A stretch of 64,000 bases of DNA, from assembly GCA_963664195.1 (NCBI GenBank), contig OY760907.1, forward strand, positions 672,001-736,000, in the 5' to 3' direction. This DNA is from an uncultured candidate division Zixibacteria bacterium (lineage in GTDB: Bacteria; Zixibacteria; MSB-5A5; GN15; FEB-12). The notes beneath the pieces are model-generated. The model saw only the letters and a list, made by a program, of their open reading frames with translations, had not been told where the DNA came from and did no database searches. Below are positions 1 to 10,394 of the stretch, in pieces. Position numbers and translations under genes: made by a program. The first letter of the stretch is position 1; the number at the start of each line of letters is the position of its first letter.

Positions 1-695
1 TGCGTTACAATGACAATCGTATGCTCTTTTTTCAGTTCGCCGACAAGATCCTCGATCTTGGAGGTCGAGATCGGGTCAAGCGCCGAGGCCGGTTCATCCA
101 TCAGGAGAACTTCCGGCTGGATCGCCAGTGCCCTTGCGATGCAGAGTCGTTGTTGCTGTCCGCCTGAGAGCATGTAGGCACTCTGGTTCAGCTTGTCTTT
201 GACTTCCTCCCAGAGAAAGGCCTTCTTGATTGTCTCTTCGACAGCCTCGGCAATGAGGTAGTTGTCTTTGATGCCGTTGACGCGAAGTCCGTAGGCTACA
301 TTCTCGAAAATCGATTTAGGAAACGGGTTGGATTTCTGGAACACCATTCCGACGCGAGTGCGAAGCGTGGAGACATCCTTCACGTCGCGATAGACATCAA
401 TGTCGTCAAGTGTGACCGTACCTTCGACGCGGATGCCGGGGATCGTGTCGTTCATCCGATTGAGCGTCCGGAGAAACGTTGACTTGCCGCAGCCCGAGGG
501 GCCAATGAGCCCCATGACCTCGTTTTTGTTGATTGTCAGGCTGATATCGTACAGCGCCTGGTGGGCACCGTAGAAGAAATTCAACCCGGTCGTTTCCATT
601 TTTGGAATTGCCTTGTGACTTCCCTTGCTGTCGGGTGCCGTAACCTTCCCCGGTCGGGAGTTCAGCCGGACGGTCCCTGGTTGTTGATTAGACAT
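1..695 (-). CDS. pstB: Phosphate ABC transporter ATP-binding protein (3' end runs off the window)
   Basis: Manual translation from ATG 695 gives GPSGCGKST (Walker A), [37 protein letters not shown] and [12 protein letters not shown]; lies downstream of pstA. Confidence 0.95.
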   Translation of the reverse strand, partial: MSNQQPGTVRLNSRPGKVTAPDSKGSHKAIPKMETTGLNFFYGAHQALYDISLTINKNEVMGLIGPSGCGKSTFLRTLNRMNDTIPGIRVEGTVTLDDIDVYRDVKDVSTLRTRVGMVFQKSNPFPKSIFENVAYGLRVNGIKDNYLIAEAVEETIKKAFLWEEVKDKLNQSAYMLSGGQQQRLCIARALAIQPEVLLMDEPASALDPISTSKIEDLVGELKKEHTIVIVT

Positions 696-1656
696 TGACA
701 CGTTTCGCTCTCATTCTGGACCGCAGCAGAACGGCCGTGAAGTTCAGCATAAAGGTCAGCAGCAACAGCACCAGCACGGTGCCGTACAGAATCGGCTTGG
801 TAGCCTCGATATCCGGCGACTGAGTTGCCATGACGTAAATATGATACCCCAACTCCATGAACTGGTCATTGAGTTTGCCGGGAAGATAGGGCAGGTAATA
901 TGCCGCGCCGGTGAACATGATCGGGGCCACCTCACCGGCACCGCGACTCACCGCCAGAATTGCGCCGGTCAGTATTCCGGGCATGGCCTGCGGCAATATC
1001 ACTCGCCTGATAGTCTGAAGTTTCGTAGCCCCGAGCGCGTAGCTTGCCTCTTTCAACTCACGCGGGATAGAGCGCAGTGCCTCTTCCGTGGCCACGATCA
1101 CCACCGGCAGGGTCAGTATGGATAAAGTGAGCGAGGCCCAGATTATCGCCGGCTGCCCCCACACAGGACCTTCATTGGCGAAGAACAACGAGTCCAAACC
1201 GCCGCCGAGAAACCCGATAAAAAAGCCGAGGCCAAACAGGCCGAACACAATCGAGGGCACACCGGCGAGGTTGTTAATAGCCAATCTGATGATTCGCGTG
1301 ACAAGCGAATCGGCTCGTGTGTATTCGTGCAAGAAGATCGCGGTAAGCACACCGACGGGTACCACCGCCACCGTCATCAGGATAACGAGGGCCACCGTCC
1401 CGAAAATAGCTGGAAAGATACCGCCGCCCTCCATGCCGTTCTCCGGCGGAGACGACAGAAATTCCCAGCTTATAATTCCGATACCGCCCACAATCACATT
1501 GCCGAGAATCACTACCAGCATGGCTATAATGATCAGTGCGGCAAGCAGGGTCAGACCGCGGGGAATCACTCCTCTGGATTTGGGCGACAGATTGATCTTG
1601 ACGGCTCCCTTCTTGGGGGCGGGCGTCACTGAGGGCATAGCAACGTCGGACATCAC
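688..1656 (-). CDS. pstA: Phosphate ABC transporter permease PstA
   Basis: [27 protein letters not shown] loop, [10 protein letters not shown]; operon context. Confidence 0.95.
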   Translation of the reverse strand: MMSDVAMPSVTPAPKKGAVKINLSPKSRGVIPRGLTLLAALIIIAMLVVILGNVIVGGIGIISWEFLSSPPENGMEGGGIFPAIFGTVALVILMTVAVVPVGVLTAIFLHEYTRADSLVTRIIRLAINNLAGVPSIVFGLFGLGFFIGFLGGGLDSLFFANEGPVWGQPAIIWASLTLSILTLPVVIVATEEALRSIPRELKEASYALGATKLQTIRRVILPQAMPGILTGAILAVSRGAGEVAPIMFTGAAYYLPYLPGKLNDQFMELGYHIYVMATQSPDIEATKPILYGTVLVLLLLTFMLNFTAVLLRSRMRAKRVNV

Positions 1657-2612
1657 TTGAGGCTCCCCTGGAATCTGACCTTCAACTTCTCAAGGATAAC
1701 ATCGCCAGTCAGGTTGATCAAGAAAGTAAAGATAAACAGAATCGTTCCAAGCAGGAACAGGACGCTGTAATGTGCTCCCCCGAAGACCACTTCGGCCAAC
1801 TCGGCGGCGATAGTCGCAGAAATCGTTCGTATGGAGTCGGCGATGTCCGGCGATATAATCGCGGCGTTTCCTGAGGCCATCAGAACGATCATCGTTTCGC
1901 CGATAGCGCGTCCGAAACCAAGTACCACCCCCGAGGCTATTCCGGGCATCGCTGCCGGCAACACTACTGAGAGCGAGACCTGCCACGGTGTAGCACCGAG
2001 CGCCAGACCGGCGTCGCGAAGCGACTGCGGCACGGTTGTCATGGCGTCCTCTGCAACTGTGAACACAATCGGTATCACCGACAATCCGAGGGCCACGCCC
2101 GCCGTAGTCGCATTAAGCCTGAAGACAAACCCGAACAAGTCCTGCATGATACTTGCGAGCACAATCAGCGCAAAGAACCCTAAAACTACAGAGGGTATCC
2201 CGGCTAACATTTCGATAACGGGTTTCAGCACCTCTCTCATTCGCTTGGAAGCAAATTCAGCGGAGTAAATCGCCGCCCCGACTCCCAGCGGCACCGCAAA
2301 GAGCATGGCAATAAGTGCAGCCTTTATCGTGCCGATAGCGAGCGGCAGGAGCGAGTACTTGGGCACGTCGGAGTTTGGCTGCCAGGAGAATTTCGCTTCA
2401 CGCCCTTCGATCCACTCCTGCTTGAAGGTCATCTTCTCAAGCGTCACTTCATCCTGGATTTCCAGATCAGTGAAGATCGGAATTGATTCTTTGAAGATGA
2501 ACGTAAATATCAGCAAAATCGCTAACACTGCTCCAAGAGCGTTAATAGCGATAAACTTCTCGCCCGTGAATTCGAGAAACTTGGACTTGGGTTTGAATCG
2601 AAGTTTTGTCAT
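1653..2612 (-). CDS. pstC: Phosphate ABC transporter permease PstC
   Basis: LAGIPSVVLGFF, GRAIGETMIVLMASGN; overlaps the pstA start. Confidence 0.95.
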   Translation of the reverse strand: MTKLRFKPKSKFLEFTGEKFIAINALGAVLAILLIFTFIFKESIPIFTDLEIQDEVTLEKMTFKQEWIEGREAKFSWQPNSDVPKYSLLPLAIGTIKAALIAMLFAVPLGVGAAIYSAEFASKRMREVLKPVIEMLAGIPSVVLGFFALIVLASIMQDLFGFVFRLNATTAGVALGLSVIPIVFTVAEDAMTTVPQSLRDAGLALGATPWQVSLSVVLPAAMPGIASGVVLGFGRAIGETMIVLMASGNAAIISPDIADSIRTISATIAAELAEVVFGGAHYSVLFLLGTILFIFTFLINLTGDVILEKLKVRFQGSLK

Positions 2613-2633
2613 GGCTAACCTTCAATGCGAGGA

Positions 2634-2657
2634 CGGGGAGAGGTCACGCTCTCCCCG
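2634..2657 (-). terminator. GC-rich hairpin between pstS and pstC (mRNA stabiliser or partial terminator)
   Basis: CGGGGAGAG-N6-CTCTCCCCG perfect 9-bp stem just after the pstS stop. Confidence 0.5.
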
Positions 2658-2685
2658 CCGGCGCATCAATGGAAGGAGGTATTCC

Positions 2686-3537
2686 TTAGTCAATCATGTT
2701 CTTTTTGGCCATCTCTGGAGACAGCGGAACGTAACCCATGTCTTCGCTGACTTTCTGCCCCTCCGGCGACAGCGCCCAGTTGACGAGCTTCTTCAGTTCA
2801 CCGGTCGGTTTGCCGTTGAAGAACCAGTAGAGGTCGCGGGAAATCGGGTAAGCACCGTTGGAAACGGTCTCAACCGTCGGTTCAATCGCGGCAGTCTTGT
2901 CGTCTTTCTTTACTCTGGCATACTTGACACCCTTGGCCCAGGCGATGCCGCCGTAGCCGATGCCGTTGACATCTTTGGCAACCGCGTTCACAACCGCCGC
3001 CGTACCCGGCAGAGTCTGCGTGTAAGCGGCATAGTCTTCTTTCTCCAGGACGTGTTCCTTAAAGAACGCGTACGTGCCGGAATTGTTCTCGCGGCCGTAG
3101 ACGATAATCCTGGCGTCCGATCCGCCAACTTCTTTCCAATTGGTGATGGCACCCGTGTAAATACCCTTCAATTGGGGCAGAGACAGCTCTGTGATCGGAC
3201 AGGCTTCGTTCAGGAAAACAGCGATACCGTCGAGGGCGACAGAAACGCGATACGGTTTCAATCCCGCCTTCTCGGCCAGTTTGTGCTCCTTGGCCTTCAT
3301 GTCACGTGAGGCCTCGCAGATATCCGTGGAACCGTTAAGCAGCGCGGCAATTCCGGTGCCCGAACCGCCGCCTGAGACCTGGATCACAACGCCCTCGTTC
3401 AACTTCATGTACTCTTCAGCCCAGCGCTGCCCCAAACGGACGAGCGTATCAGAACCTTTGATGGTAATGCTTCCGCTGGCGGCAACCAAGCCGAACGCAG
3501 CCAGGACAATCATACTTGCGAACCAAAACTTCTTCAT
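2686..3537 (-). CDS. pstS: Phosphate ABC transporter substrate-binding protein
   Basis: Signal peptide; ITIKGSDT, GGGSGTGIAAL, RENNSGT, YPISRDLY motifs. Confidence 0.95.
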   Translation of the reverse strand: MKKFWFASMIVLAAFGLVAASGSITIKGSDTLVRLGQRWAEEYMKLNEGVVIQVSGGGSGTGIAALLNGSTDICEASRDMKAKEHKLAEKAGLKPYRVSVALDGIAVFLNEACPITELSLPQLKGIYTGAITNWKEVGGSDARIIVYGRENNSGTYAFFKEHVLEKEDYAAYTQTLPGTAAVVNAVAKDVNGIGYGGIAWAKGVKYARVKKDDKTAAIEPTVETVSNGAYPISRDLYWFFNGKPTGELKKLVNWALSPEGQKVSEDMGYVPLSPEMAKKNMID

Positions 3538-3580
3538 TTTTATCCTCCAGTTAATCCTTGATCAAGGGAACTGAATAATT

Positions 3581-3607
3581 GTTAGCTTTTTGTTAGAGCG
3601 CGGTTAG
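3581..3607 (-). promoter_or_regulatory. Putative Pho box upstream of pstS
   Basis: GTTAG at 3581, 3592 and 3603 (CTAAC on the coding strand), exact 11-bp period typical of OmpR/PhoB-family sites. Confidence 0.65.
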
Positions 3608-3625
3608 TTTTCGATTCGAGCAATC

Positions 3626-4753
3626 TCAGAACTTCAGTTGCAGGTCAAGCTGCATCCGGTTGAAATCCTTCTCTCCGGCATCAAGGCCAATCTTGTTGAT
3701 GAAATAGCTCGCGTTAAACGCGGCATTCTTAGCCAGCACCAGTGAGCCACCAAGCTCGTGGCCTTTGGCATCGGTGCCGCCGCCACGGAAATCTGAGTCG
3801 GTAAAATTGCCCACTACCGCGTCTTTTTCGACCTCACGGTAGTTATAACGAAATGCCCAGGAACCCGGCTTACTGGCCTTGCCGATATGCAGGCCTACAA
3901 GCCAGCCGGTATTGACGCTGTCTGCGGCAGTGTTGGTAACGTAGTCACCCATGACCGTCACCGGCACTTTGTCGAACTTGTGTGTGAACTCGCCGTACAG
4001 CTCCACCAGATCGAAGTCGTTGGCGTAGAAGTAGCTTGAGACGTAGCTGGTGTCATCACTGTTGCCTATTACGGTATCAATGATCACGCTGGTCGAGTTA
4101 CCCTGGAAATCATCGTCGTAGAAGGCCCCGTAGCCTTCGGTATTAACGTAGTTGAAATAACCTCCGCCAAAGGCAAAGCTGGATTTGTCGTCTAGTTTCA
4201 CTTTCAGGACGCCCTGTGCGGCTCCCATCCAGGAATCCTTGCCAGATGACCGCTCGTCGATCCAGAGTCCGGCACCGATCAAATTGATCGTCACCTTGTC
4301 AAGTTCGTGAGTGAACGAAATAGTGCCGCCTTCGGGGTTGAGGTCTGAGTCCCAGATGAGTTCGGACTGTCCCGGCTTGAAGAACGGGTTTTTGAACTTG
4401 CCGCCCTTCAGTACGACTCCCGGAAGAGCCGGATGTTTCGCCTCAAAATAGGCCATATCAACGCCAATACCTTTGGTCGAAAAAGCGCCGTCAAGAGTCT
4501 GATTGGTCGAGACCGGATCATCTGAGCCGGTGGCCAACTGCAAACCTGCCCGCATGTATTCGTTCACTTCGCCGTACACACCGAGACGGACGCGGATACG
4601 CTGCCGGTGGCGAACGTCTTTGTCCGCCTCATCTATCATCTCGTGGCGATACCGAAGATCTCCCTTGACCTTTATCGTTTCCCACCAATTGGCGGCCGAG
4701 GCCATCCCGCTGAACATCAGAACCGTGAGGGCTGTCAGTACCATGGTCTTCAT
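3626..4753 (-). CDS. Putative outer-membrane porin in the Pho regulon
   Basis: Signal peptide MKTMVLT..., KGDLRYRHE, DPVSTNQTL, C-terminal QLDLQLKF; start placed at ATG 4753 after a GGAAGG RBS. Confidence 0.8.
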   Translation of the reverse strand: MKTMVLTALTVLMFSGMASAANWWETIKVKGDLRYRHEMIDEADKDVRHRQRIRVRLGVYGEVNEYMRAGLQLATGSDDPVSTNQTLDGAFSTKGIGVDMAYFEAKHPALPGVVLKGGKFKNPFFKPGQSELIWDSDLNPEGGTISFTHELDKVTINLIGAGLWIDERSSGKDSWMGAAQGVLKVKLDDKSSFAFGGGYFNYVNTEGYGAFYDDDFQGNSTSVIIDTVIGNSDDTSYVSSYFYANDFDLVELYGEFTHKFDKVPVTVMGDYVTNTAADSVNTGWLVGLHIGKASKPGSWAFRYNYREVEKDAVVGNFTDSDFRGGGTDAKGHELGGSLVLAKNAAFNASYFINKIGLDAGEKDFNRMQLDLQLKF

Positions 4754-4866
4754 TGGATTAGTTCCTTCCCTGTCTTCCACTGTCGTAATTTTCAAGTCTG
4801 TACACAATTCGTGTTAATTGCATGCCAAATTGCATGTCGCTGTCAGGCAGATTAAACCACGTCAAT

Positions 4867-4893
4867 ATTAGGATTGTGTTAGCGAGTGATTAG
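4867..4893 (-). promoter_or_regulatory. Putative Pho box upstream of the porin
   Basis: ATTAG/GTTAG/ATTAG at 4867, 4878 and 4889; same motif and 11-bp period as before pstS. Confidence 0.65.
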
Positions 4894-4979
4894 GTGATTG
4901 TCACATTCGCGCGAATGCCAGCAACTTCTCACACGAACTGCAACCGGGACCAGCCCCCTTGTCCCTGACAGTCAGCCTT

Positions 4980-6758
4980 TTACGCTTTGAGCGGCAGATG
5001 GATTCTGAATACGGAGCCTTGACCAGGAGTCGATTCGACATCCACAAACCCACCGTGCGCAAGCGCCGTGTGTTTGACAATAGCCAGACCGAGACCGGTA
5101 CCGCCAACCTCGCGGGATCTGGCTTTGTCTACCCGGTAAAACCGCTCGAACAGGCGAGCAAGGTGCTGCTCCGCTATACCGCTTCCCTGGTCTATGACTG
5201 AAATCACAGCTTTGTCGTCAAGCTTCTCGACTGTTACCCGAACAGTTGAGTCTTCGCCGCTGTACTTTATGGCATTATCGACGAGGTTGATCACCGCCTG
5301 CTCAAGATATCGTGAATTGACCCGGGCGTTCACGGATTGGCAGTCTTCAGACTCGAGTGTGATTCTTCGCGCTGTGGCGCGGGGTGCACAGACCTGCAGT
5401 GCGTTGCGAACAACTGATTTCAGATCTCCGGGCAGCAGTTCAATCTCGTCACCGTCGGCTTCCTTCTCGATACGCGATAGAGACAGGAGATCGTCGACTA
5501 TGGAGCTCAACCGATGAGTCTGCTTAACGATGATTTCCAGAAATCGCTCTGCGTCCTCGGGTGAGTTGATCGCGCCGTCCTGCAGGGTTTCCACAAAACC
5601 GCGGATTGCCGTAATCGGCGTTTTTAGCTCGTGAGATACGTTGGCCACAAACTCCTGCCTGATCGATTCAAGTCGTCGAAGTCTCGTGGAGTCGTTCAGT
5701 ACAATCACCGCACCGGACCGCTTGCCCTCAGCATCCCTGAGCACTGAGCCGTGGACACGAAGGTACCGCTGGCGCACGCCCTCGATCGCAATCTCGGCTT
5801 CAATCGGCTCTACACAGTCCAGCGCTCGCGAGGCGAAGCTGTTCAGGTCAGCGTTGCGCATGACCTCCTGCACCGAACGGCCCTTGGCCCACGACTTCTC
5901 AACATCAAATATAACAGCCGCCGCATCGTTGAGATTAATGATGCGCTCATTGCCGTCGATGGCGACAACCCCCTCAGTCATGGAAGCTAGAACCGCCTCC
6001 TGTTCATTGCGCTGTCTGGCAATCGTGTCTATTCGTTCGTTGAGCTGGGTCGCCATGTGGTTCATGGAATTGGCCAGCGTGTCGATTTCTTCTATATCAG
6101 GTGCTGCCAATCGAGTATGCAGCTCGCCCCGGGCGAACAAGTCAGCACCATGCGTCAGCTCGCGGAGAGGGGAACTGATTCGACGGAATATAAGCAAACT
6201 GATAAGCGTGGCCACAACGACAATGAGCAACCCTCCCAAGGCGACTTTAGCATTGAGTGATGATAATTCCTCATCGATGGATGTCACGGGAATCGACGTT
6301 CGCAATACGCCGACAATCTTGCCGTCAAGATTAAGCGGCACCGCCAGATACATCATGTTCTTCTGAAGCGTATTACTGTACCGACTGCTGGTACCAATCC
6401 CCCCCAGCAGTGCCTGGAGGATTTCCGGTCGACGGCCGTGGTTTTCCATCTCAGCGGGATTTTCGTCACTATCGCCAAGCACGAGCCCCTTCATATCGGT
6501 CACGGTAACACGAGTTCCTGATCGCTGGCCGAGGTCCTTGCAGAGCAAATCCAGTCTTGCCGAATCCCCATCTTCCAGAATTTGGAGTGCGTCTCCTTCG
6601 ATCAGACGGGCTTCGGCCTTCAGAGTCGAAACCACACTATCGGTATAAACGGTTCGCATTTTCTGAGTTGCATACAGCCACACGGCCAGGATGGCGGCAA
6701 AAATAATCAGCAAATAATAGGGGTAGACTGTCCAAAGAAGCTTTTTGCGTGCCATCAT
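4980..6758 (-). CDS. phoR: PhoR-like sensor histidine kinase (TM-HAMP-PAS-HisKA-HATPase)
   Basis: FVANVSHELKTP, NLVDNAIKYS, FERFYRVDKARSREVGGTGLGLAIVKH; adjacent to pst genes. Confidence 0.88.
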   Translation of the reverse strand: MMARKKLLWTVYPYYLLIIFAAILAVWLYATQKMRTVYTDSVVSTLKAEARLIEGDALQILEDGDSARLDLLCKDLGQRSGTRVTVTDMKGLVLGDSDENPAEMENHGRRPEILQALLGGIGTSSRYSNTLQKNMMYLAVPLNLDGKIVGVLRTSIPVTSIDEELSSLNAKVALGGLLIVVVATLISLLIFRRISSPLRELTHGADLFARGELHTRLAAPDIEEIDTLANSMNHMATQLNERIDTIARQRNEQEAVLASMTEGVVAIDGNERIINLNDAAAVIFDVEKSWAKGRSVQEVMRNADLNSFASRALDCVEPIEAEIAIEGVRQRYLRVHGSVLRDAEGKRSGAVIVLNDSTRLRRLESIRQEFVANVSHELKTPITAIRGFVETLQDGAINSPEDAERFLEIIVKQTHRLSSIVDDLLSLSRIEKEADGDEIELLPGDLKSVVRNALQVCAPRATARRITLESEDCQSVNARVNSRYLEQAVINLVDNAIKYSGEDSTVRVTVEKLDDKAVISVIDQGSGIAEQHLARLFERFYRVDKARSREVGGTGLGLAIVKHTALAHGGFVDVESTPGQGSVFRIHLPLKA

Positions 6759-7444
6759 ATCTCCCGAAACTTGTAACCGACACCACGGACGGTTTCAATG
6801 TAAGTACCGAACTCACCGAGTTTCTTGCGTAGACCGACCACCTGAACGTCAATGGCGCGATCGGTGATGATCACTTCATCGCCACGGACTTCATCCATAA
6901 GTTGATTGCGAGAGAACACCCAGCCCGGACGTCTGGCAAGAACCGTCAGCAATTGAAACTCGGTCGGAGTAAGATTGACACAGTCACCGGCTACTTTGAC
7001 CTCATGACGACCCGCATCTATGGTAATCTCTCCGGCCTTGATGAAAGCATCTCCCTCCTCGACGCTTGCCTTCTGTCTCCTCAGAGCGGCCCTGACGCGG
7101 GCGACCAGCACTCTGGGACTGAACGGTTTGGTTATGTAATCGTCAGCACCTACTTCGAGACCGCTGACGATGTCAGCCTCTTCGGACCGGGCAGTCATCA
7201 TGATCACGGGAATCGGCCGCGTTTGCTTGTCAACTTTCAGTTCCCGACAAACGTCCATCCCCCCGCGCTCAGGGAGCATAATGTCAAGGAGGATCAAGTC
7301 GGGGAGCAGTTTCCTGGCCATAGTCAACCCCAGTTCGCCGGTTGACGCGGACTCAACGCGGTATCCCTCTCGTTCAAGATTGAACCTCAGCAGCTCTACG
7401 ATGTCACTCTCGTCTTCGACTACAAGTATTTGGGCTGGAGCCAT
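6755..7444 (-). CDS. phoB: PhoB/OmpR-family response regulator
   Basis: REC (VVEDE, LLDIMLP, GADDYITKPF) plus winged HTH ending IETVRGVGYKF. Confidence 0.88.
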   Translation of the reverse strand: MAPAQILVVEDESDIVELLRFNLEREGYRVESASTGELGLTMARKLLPDLILLDIMLPERGGMDVCRELKVDKQTRPIPVIMMTARSEEADIVSGLEVGADDYITKPFSPRVLVARVRAALRRQKASVEEGDAFIKAGEITIDAGRHEVKVAGDCVNLTPTEFQLLTVLARRPGWVFSRNQLMDEVRGDEVIITDRAIDVQVVGLRKKLGEFGTYIETVRGVGYKFREI

Positions 7445-7640
7445 GCGATTCCTTTGCCTGCGAGTTTGCTATGAATATAAACATTCCGTGCGAAGCGGTG
7501 CAACGTCAAACTGGAACGAATAGGCTCCCGCCGAGATTCTGTCTTGCAAATCGAACAATAATAGACGTATTTGGTTCCGGATGGGCAACAGCTGCCCCTT
7601 TTGGAATCGCAAACGGTGTCACTGAGGTTCAGTGGATATG

Positions 7641-8687
7641 ATGAAACGCTACACCTGGCTTGTTTTTCTCGTGGCCGCACTTGCCTCCTCCTGCGGGAAG
7701 AATAATCACACTGCCGATCCCGTTGAACCTGATCCAAAAGAAACGGCGATTGCAACATCATTGCACGGCACCGCAGCCGGAATGGAGTATTTCTACTCAG
7801 ACGATCAGGGGGGATTTGAAGCCGTGAGTGAGATACCTTTCGATGATCTCTCGTGCAGGAACTGCCATGTTGAGCCGACTCAGTGCATTATCTGCCACAC
7901 CAATGCGGGCATAACTCCAGAGAATCGGTTTTGCACGGAATCGTGCCATTTTCGACAGGCCGACGAAGTCTCTATCCGGGGCGATGTACATCTCAGTGAC
8001 CAAGGTTTCGACTGCTCCACCTGTCATAAGAGCTCTCAAGTGCACGGCGACGGCGCCTCTTACCATAGTATGCTGTCGGCACCGAATGCGGTCAGTTGCG
8101 AACAATCCGGCTGTCACGAAAACGTGCTGACGGAAGAACACAACGCCTCACACACACGCCATGGAATGAGTTTCGAGTGCCGGGCATGCCACAGCAAATC
8201 GGTGCTCACTTATTTCGCCACGGACTTTGCCTCGACCGTCAGGGGCGAGACCGGTTCATTCTACGGGAGCCAACCTGTAGACGACTGGAAATTCCTCGTG
8301 CGCGACGCACGTTCCGGGAAAATTACCACAGCCAACATTCGGGTGATGACGCACGACGGCAAGGCGTTCTACTCAGTAGCGCCTCATCAATCGCACACCA
8401 TATTCAAACCGAATGGCACCGATTGCTTCACTTGCCACTCCAGCACGGCAGTGGCCGAGTACAAGGCCGACGGCATTATGACACTTACCGTATGGAATGA
8501 CACAACTTCGTCGCTGACACACGTGGCCGACGTTATCCCAGTACCGGAAGACTGGGAAACAGCGTTGAAGCTGGATTTCGTGACAAGGGATACGAGCGGC
8601 AACACCGTGTTCGTCTCAGACAGCGCGGATGCGGTCCAGATGCTGTTTGCCGAACCTATCGATGTGACCAGGATGCCGAGTTTCTAG
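7641..8687 (+). CDS. Multiheme cytochrome c lipoprotein
   Basis: Lipobox LASSC; CxxCH x5 (CRNCH, CIICH, CSTCH, CRACH, CFTCH) plus CTESCH and CEQSGCH. Confidence 0.85.
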   Translation: MKRYTWLVFLVAALASSCGKNNHTADPVEPDPKETAIATSLHGTAAGMEYFYSDDQGGFEAVSEIPFDDLSCRNCHVEPTQCIICHTNAGITPENRFCTESCHFRQADEVSIRGDVHLSDQGFDCSTCHKSSQVHGDGASYHSMLSAPNAVSCEQSGCHENVLTEEHNASHTRHGMSFECRACHSKSVLTYFATDFASTVRGETGSFYGSQPVDDWKFLVRDARSGKITTANIRVMTHDGKAFYSVAPHQSHTIFKPNGTDCFTCHSSTAVAEYKADGIMTLTVWNDTTSSLTHVADVIPVPEDWETALKLDFVTRDTSGNTVFVSDSADAVQMLFAEPIDVTRMPSF

Positions 8688-8937
8688 GTATCGTCAAGGC
8701 ATATTTGGTCAATGGCACACTTGATTTGCCGCGACCGTCAGGGATCCACCCCTGATGGCGTGTGGTCCCTTCAAACTCGTTTGGAGGGGAAGAACCGGGC
8801 CAAACAAGTTTGACCCGGCCACCCGCCGATCACATTCGTCCCCATTGACCGTCCCATCTACAATGCTTGCTCACACGCTAAAACGTCACTTCCTTGCTTT
8901 CGCAGGTTCACACTTTTTAGCTGCAGGAGATAAAGGC

Positions 8938-9852
8938 ATGCCCTCACATCACGGCGTCGGCGAAAAGACCGGCAGATCATTTCCGAACGATACCCTAAGA
9001 CTATTGATAGAGCGCTCATCCTGCCGGAGCTTCGAGAACAAGAAGATTCCGCCCGATGTGCTCGATTTGGTTCTTGAATCCGGCATTCATGCCGCCACCG
9101 GAGGGAATCTTCAGCCGTACTCGATCATCAAGATCGAGAATCAGACAACCAAGGACAAGCTCACCAAACTCGTTGGCGATCAACCGTTTGTGTCCACGGC
9201 GCCGGTCGATCTCCTGTTCTGCATCGATTATCACCGGCTGGAACGCTGGGCCAAGCTGGAAACGGCACCGTACGCCGCCAGAAGCGCTTTCCGCCATTTC
9301 TGGATCGGTTTTCAGGATACGATCATTGCCGCACAAAACATCTGTACTGCCGCCGATGCCCTGGATTTAGGCTCGGTATATGTCGGTACCGTAATGGAGT
9401 GTTTCCGGGAACTGCGGGAGATGTTTGAATTGCCCGAAGGTGTTTTTCCGGTGGTTCTGCTTTGTCTCGGATATCCGAAGGTCCGGCCGGAACCGCGTAA
9501 GAAACTGGGTGTGCCGGTGATGGTGCATGACGAGAAATACCGAGAACTCACTGACGCCGATCTGTTGGCAGCCTTCAATCAGAAGTACTCCGGTTGGAAA
9601 AAAGAGATCACAGTCGAGCGCCTGGAGACCATAGAATATATCTGCCGGGAGGTCCACGGTGACGCGTTCGCAGAAGAATGCGTGGCAAAGATCAAACGGC
9701 AGGGACATGTCAACGCGGTGCAGAACTACTTTGGGCTTCACTACATGGCGAGCATCATGGCAGCTGATAATGACGAGTTTATGGCCATAATGGAAGAATT
9801 CGGCTGTCACTGGTTCAAGAAGTTCGAGCCGAAGAAAACGAAAGACGAATAG
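8938..9852 (+). CDS. Nitroreductase family protein (NfrA/Frp-like)
   Basis: RSSCRSF, AATGGNLQPYSII, IAAQN...LGSVYVG, PVVLLCLGYP; AGGAG RBS before ATG 8938. Confidence 0.88.
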   Translation: MPSHHGVGEKTGRSFPNDTLRLLIERSSCRSFENKKIPPDVLDLVLESGIHAATGGNLQPYSIIKIENQTTKDKLTKLVGDQPFVSTAPVDLLFCIDYHRLERWAKLETAPYAARSAFRHFWIGFQDTIIAAQNICTAADALDLGSVYVGTVMECFRELREMFELPEGVFPVVLLCLGYPKVRPEPRKKLGVPVMVHDEKYRELTDADLLAAFNQKYSGWKKEITVERLETIEYICREVHGDAFAEECVAKIKRQGHVNAVQNYFGLHYMASIMAADNDEFMAIMEEFGCHWFKKFEPKKTKDE

Positions 9853-9860
9853 CTCTCGGA

Positions 9861-10394
9861 TCAATCCTTAGAGTCCGGGGTAAGCTTTTTTGACATCACC
9901 ACGCTGCGATAGTTGGTGACATCCCAGTCGGCGTATTCAATAAAGCGATATCCCAACCGCTTATACCATTCTATCAGATGGGTCGCCGGTTCAGCGGTAT
10001 CCAGCGCCAGTTCGGTAGCATTGTAAGCCCTGGCATGACTTTCGGCAGCCGCGATGAGCCGTGTCCCGATCCCCTGACCGCGAAGATCCGGGTCTACTCC
10101 AAGCTGGCCCATGTGCGCCACAGCATCTCGCTCGAGCCACGGTGATCCCTTGCAGTGACCGGGAGGATAGCAAGTGATCGTCCCCGCAATCTTTTCCCCG
10201 TTTACTGCTAAGAGACAGACACCTCCGGCTACTCGCCTGCGCGTGACATCTACTTCCTGATGGGTTGCCAGATAGCGCAATCCCATGCCGGCAAGAACGT
10301 CATAAGCACGGTGGAGGAACTCGGTCAACTCCTCAAGTGAGTCCGAGTCATTCATTTCTCGAACTACCATTTGATCGTCTGGGGGGTTGTTCAT
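9861..10394 (-). CDS. GNAT family N-acetyltransferase
   Basis: LGVDPDLRGQGIGTRL motif A, LDTAEPA, WYKRLGY; start uncertain. Confidence 0.88.
   Translation of the reverse strand: MNNPPDDQMVVREMNDSDSLEELTEFLHRAYDVLAGMGLRYLATHQEVDVTRRRVAGGVCLLAVNGEKIAGTITCYPPGHCKGSPWLERDAVAHMGQLGVDPDLRGQGIGTRLIAAAESHARAYNATELALDTAEPATHLIEWYKRLGYRFIEYADWDVTNYRSVVMSKKLTPDSKD

Noticed and set aside
2305..3309. Long antisense ORFs (also 50639-51727, 44027-44968, 49636-50601)
   Set aside because: Shadows of well-supported genes on the opposite strand in GC-rich DNA
4816..4836. Sigma54 promoter before the porin
   Set aside because: TGGCATG is present but the -12 TTGC is missing at the required spacing
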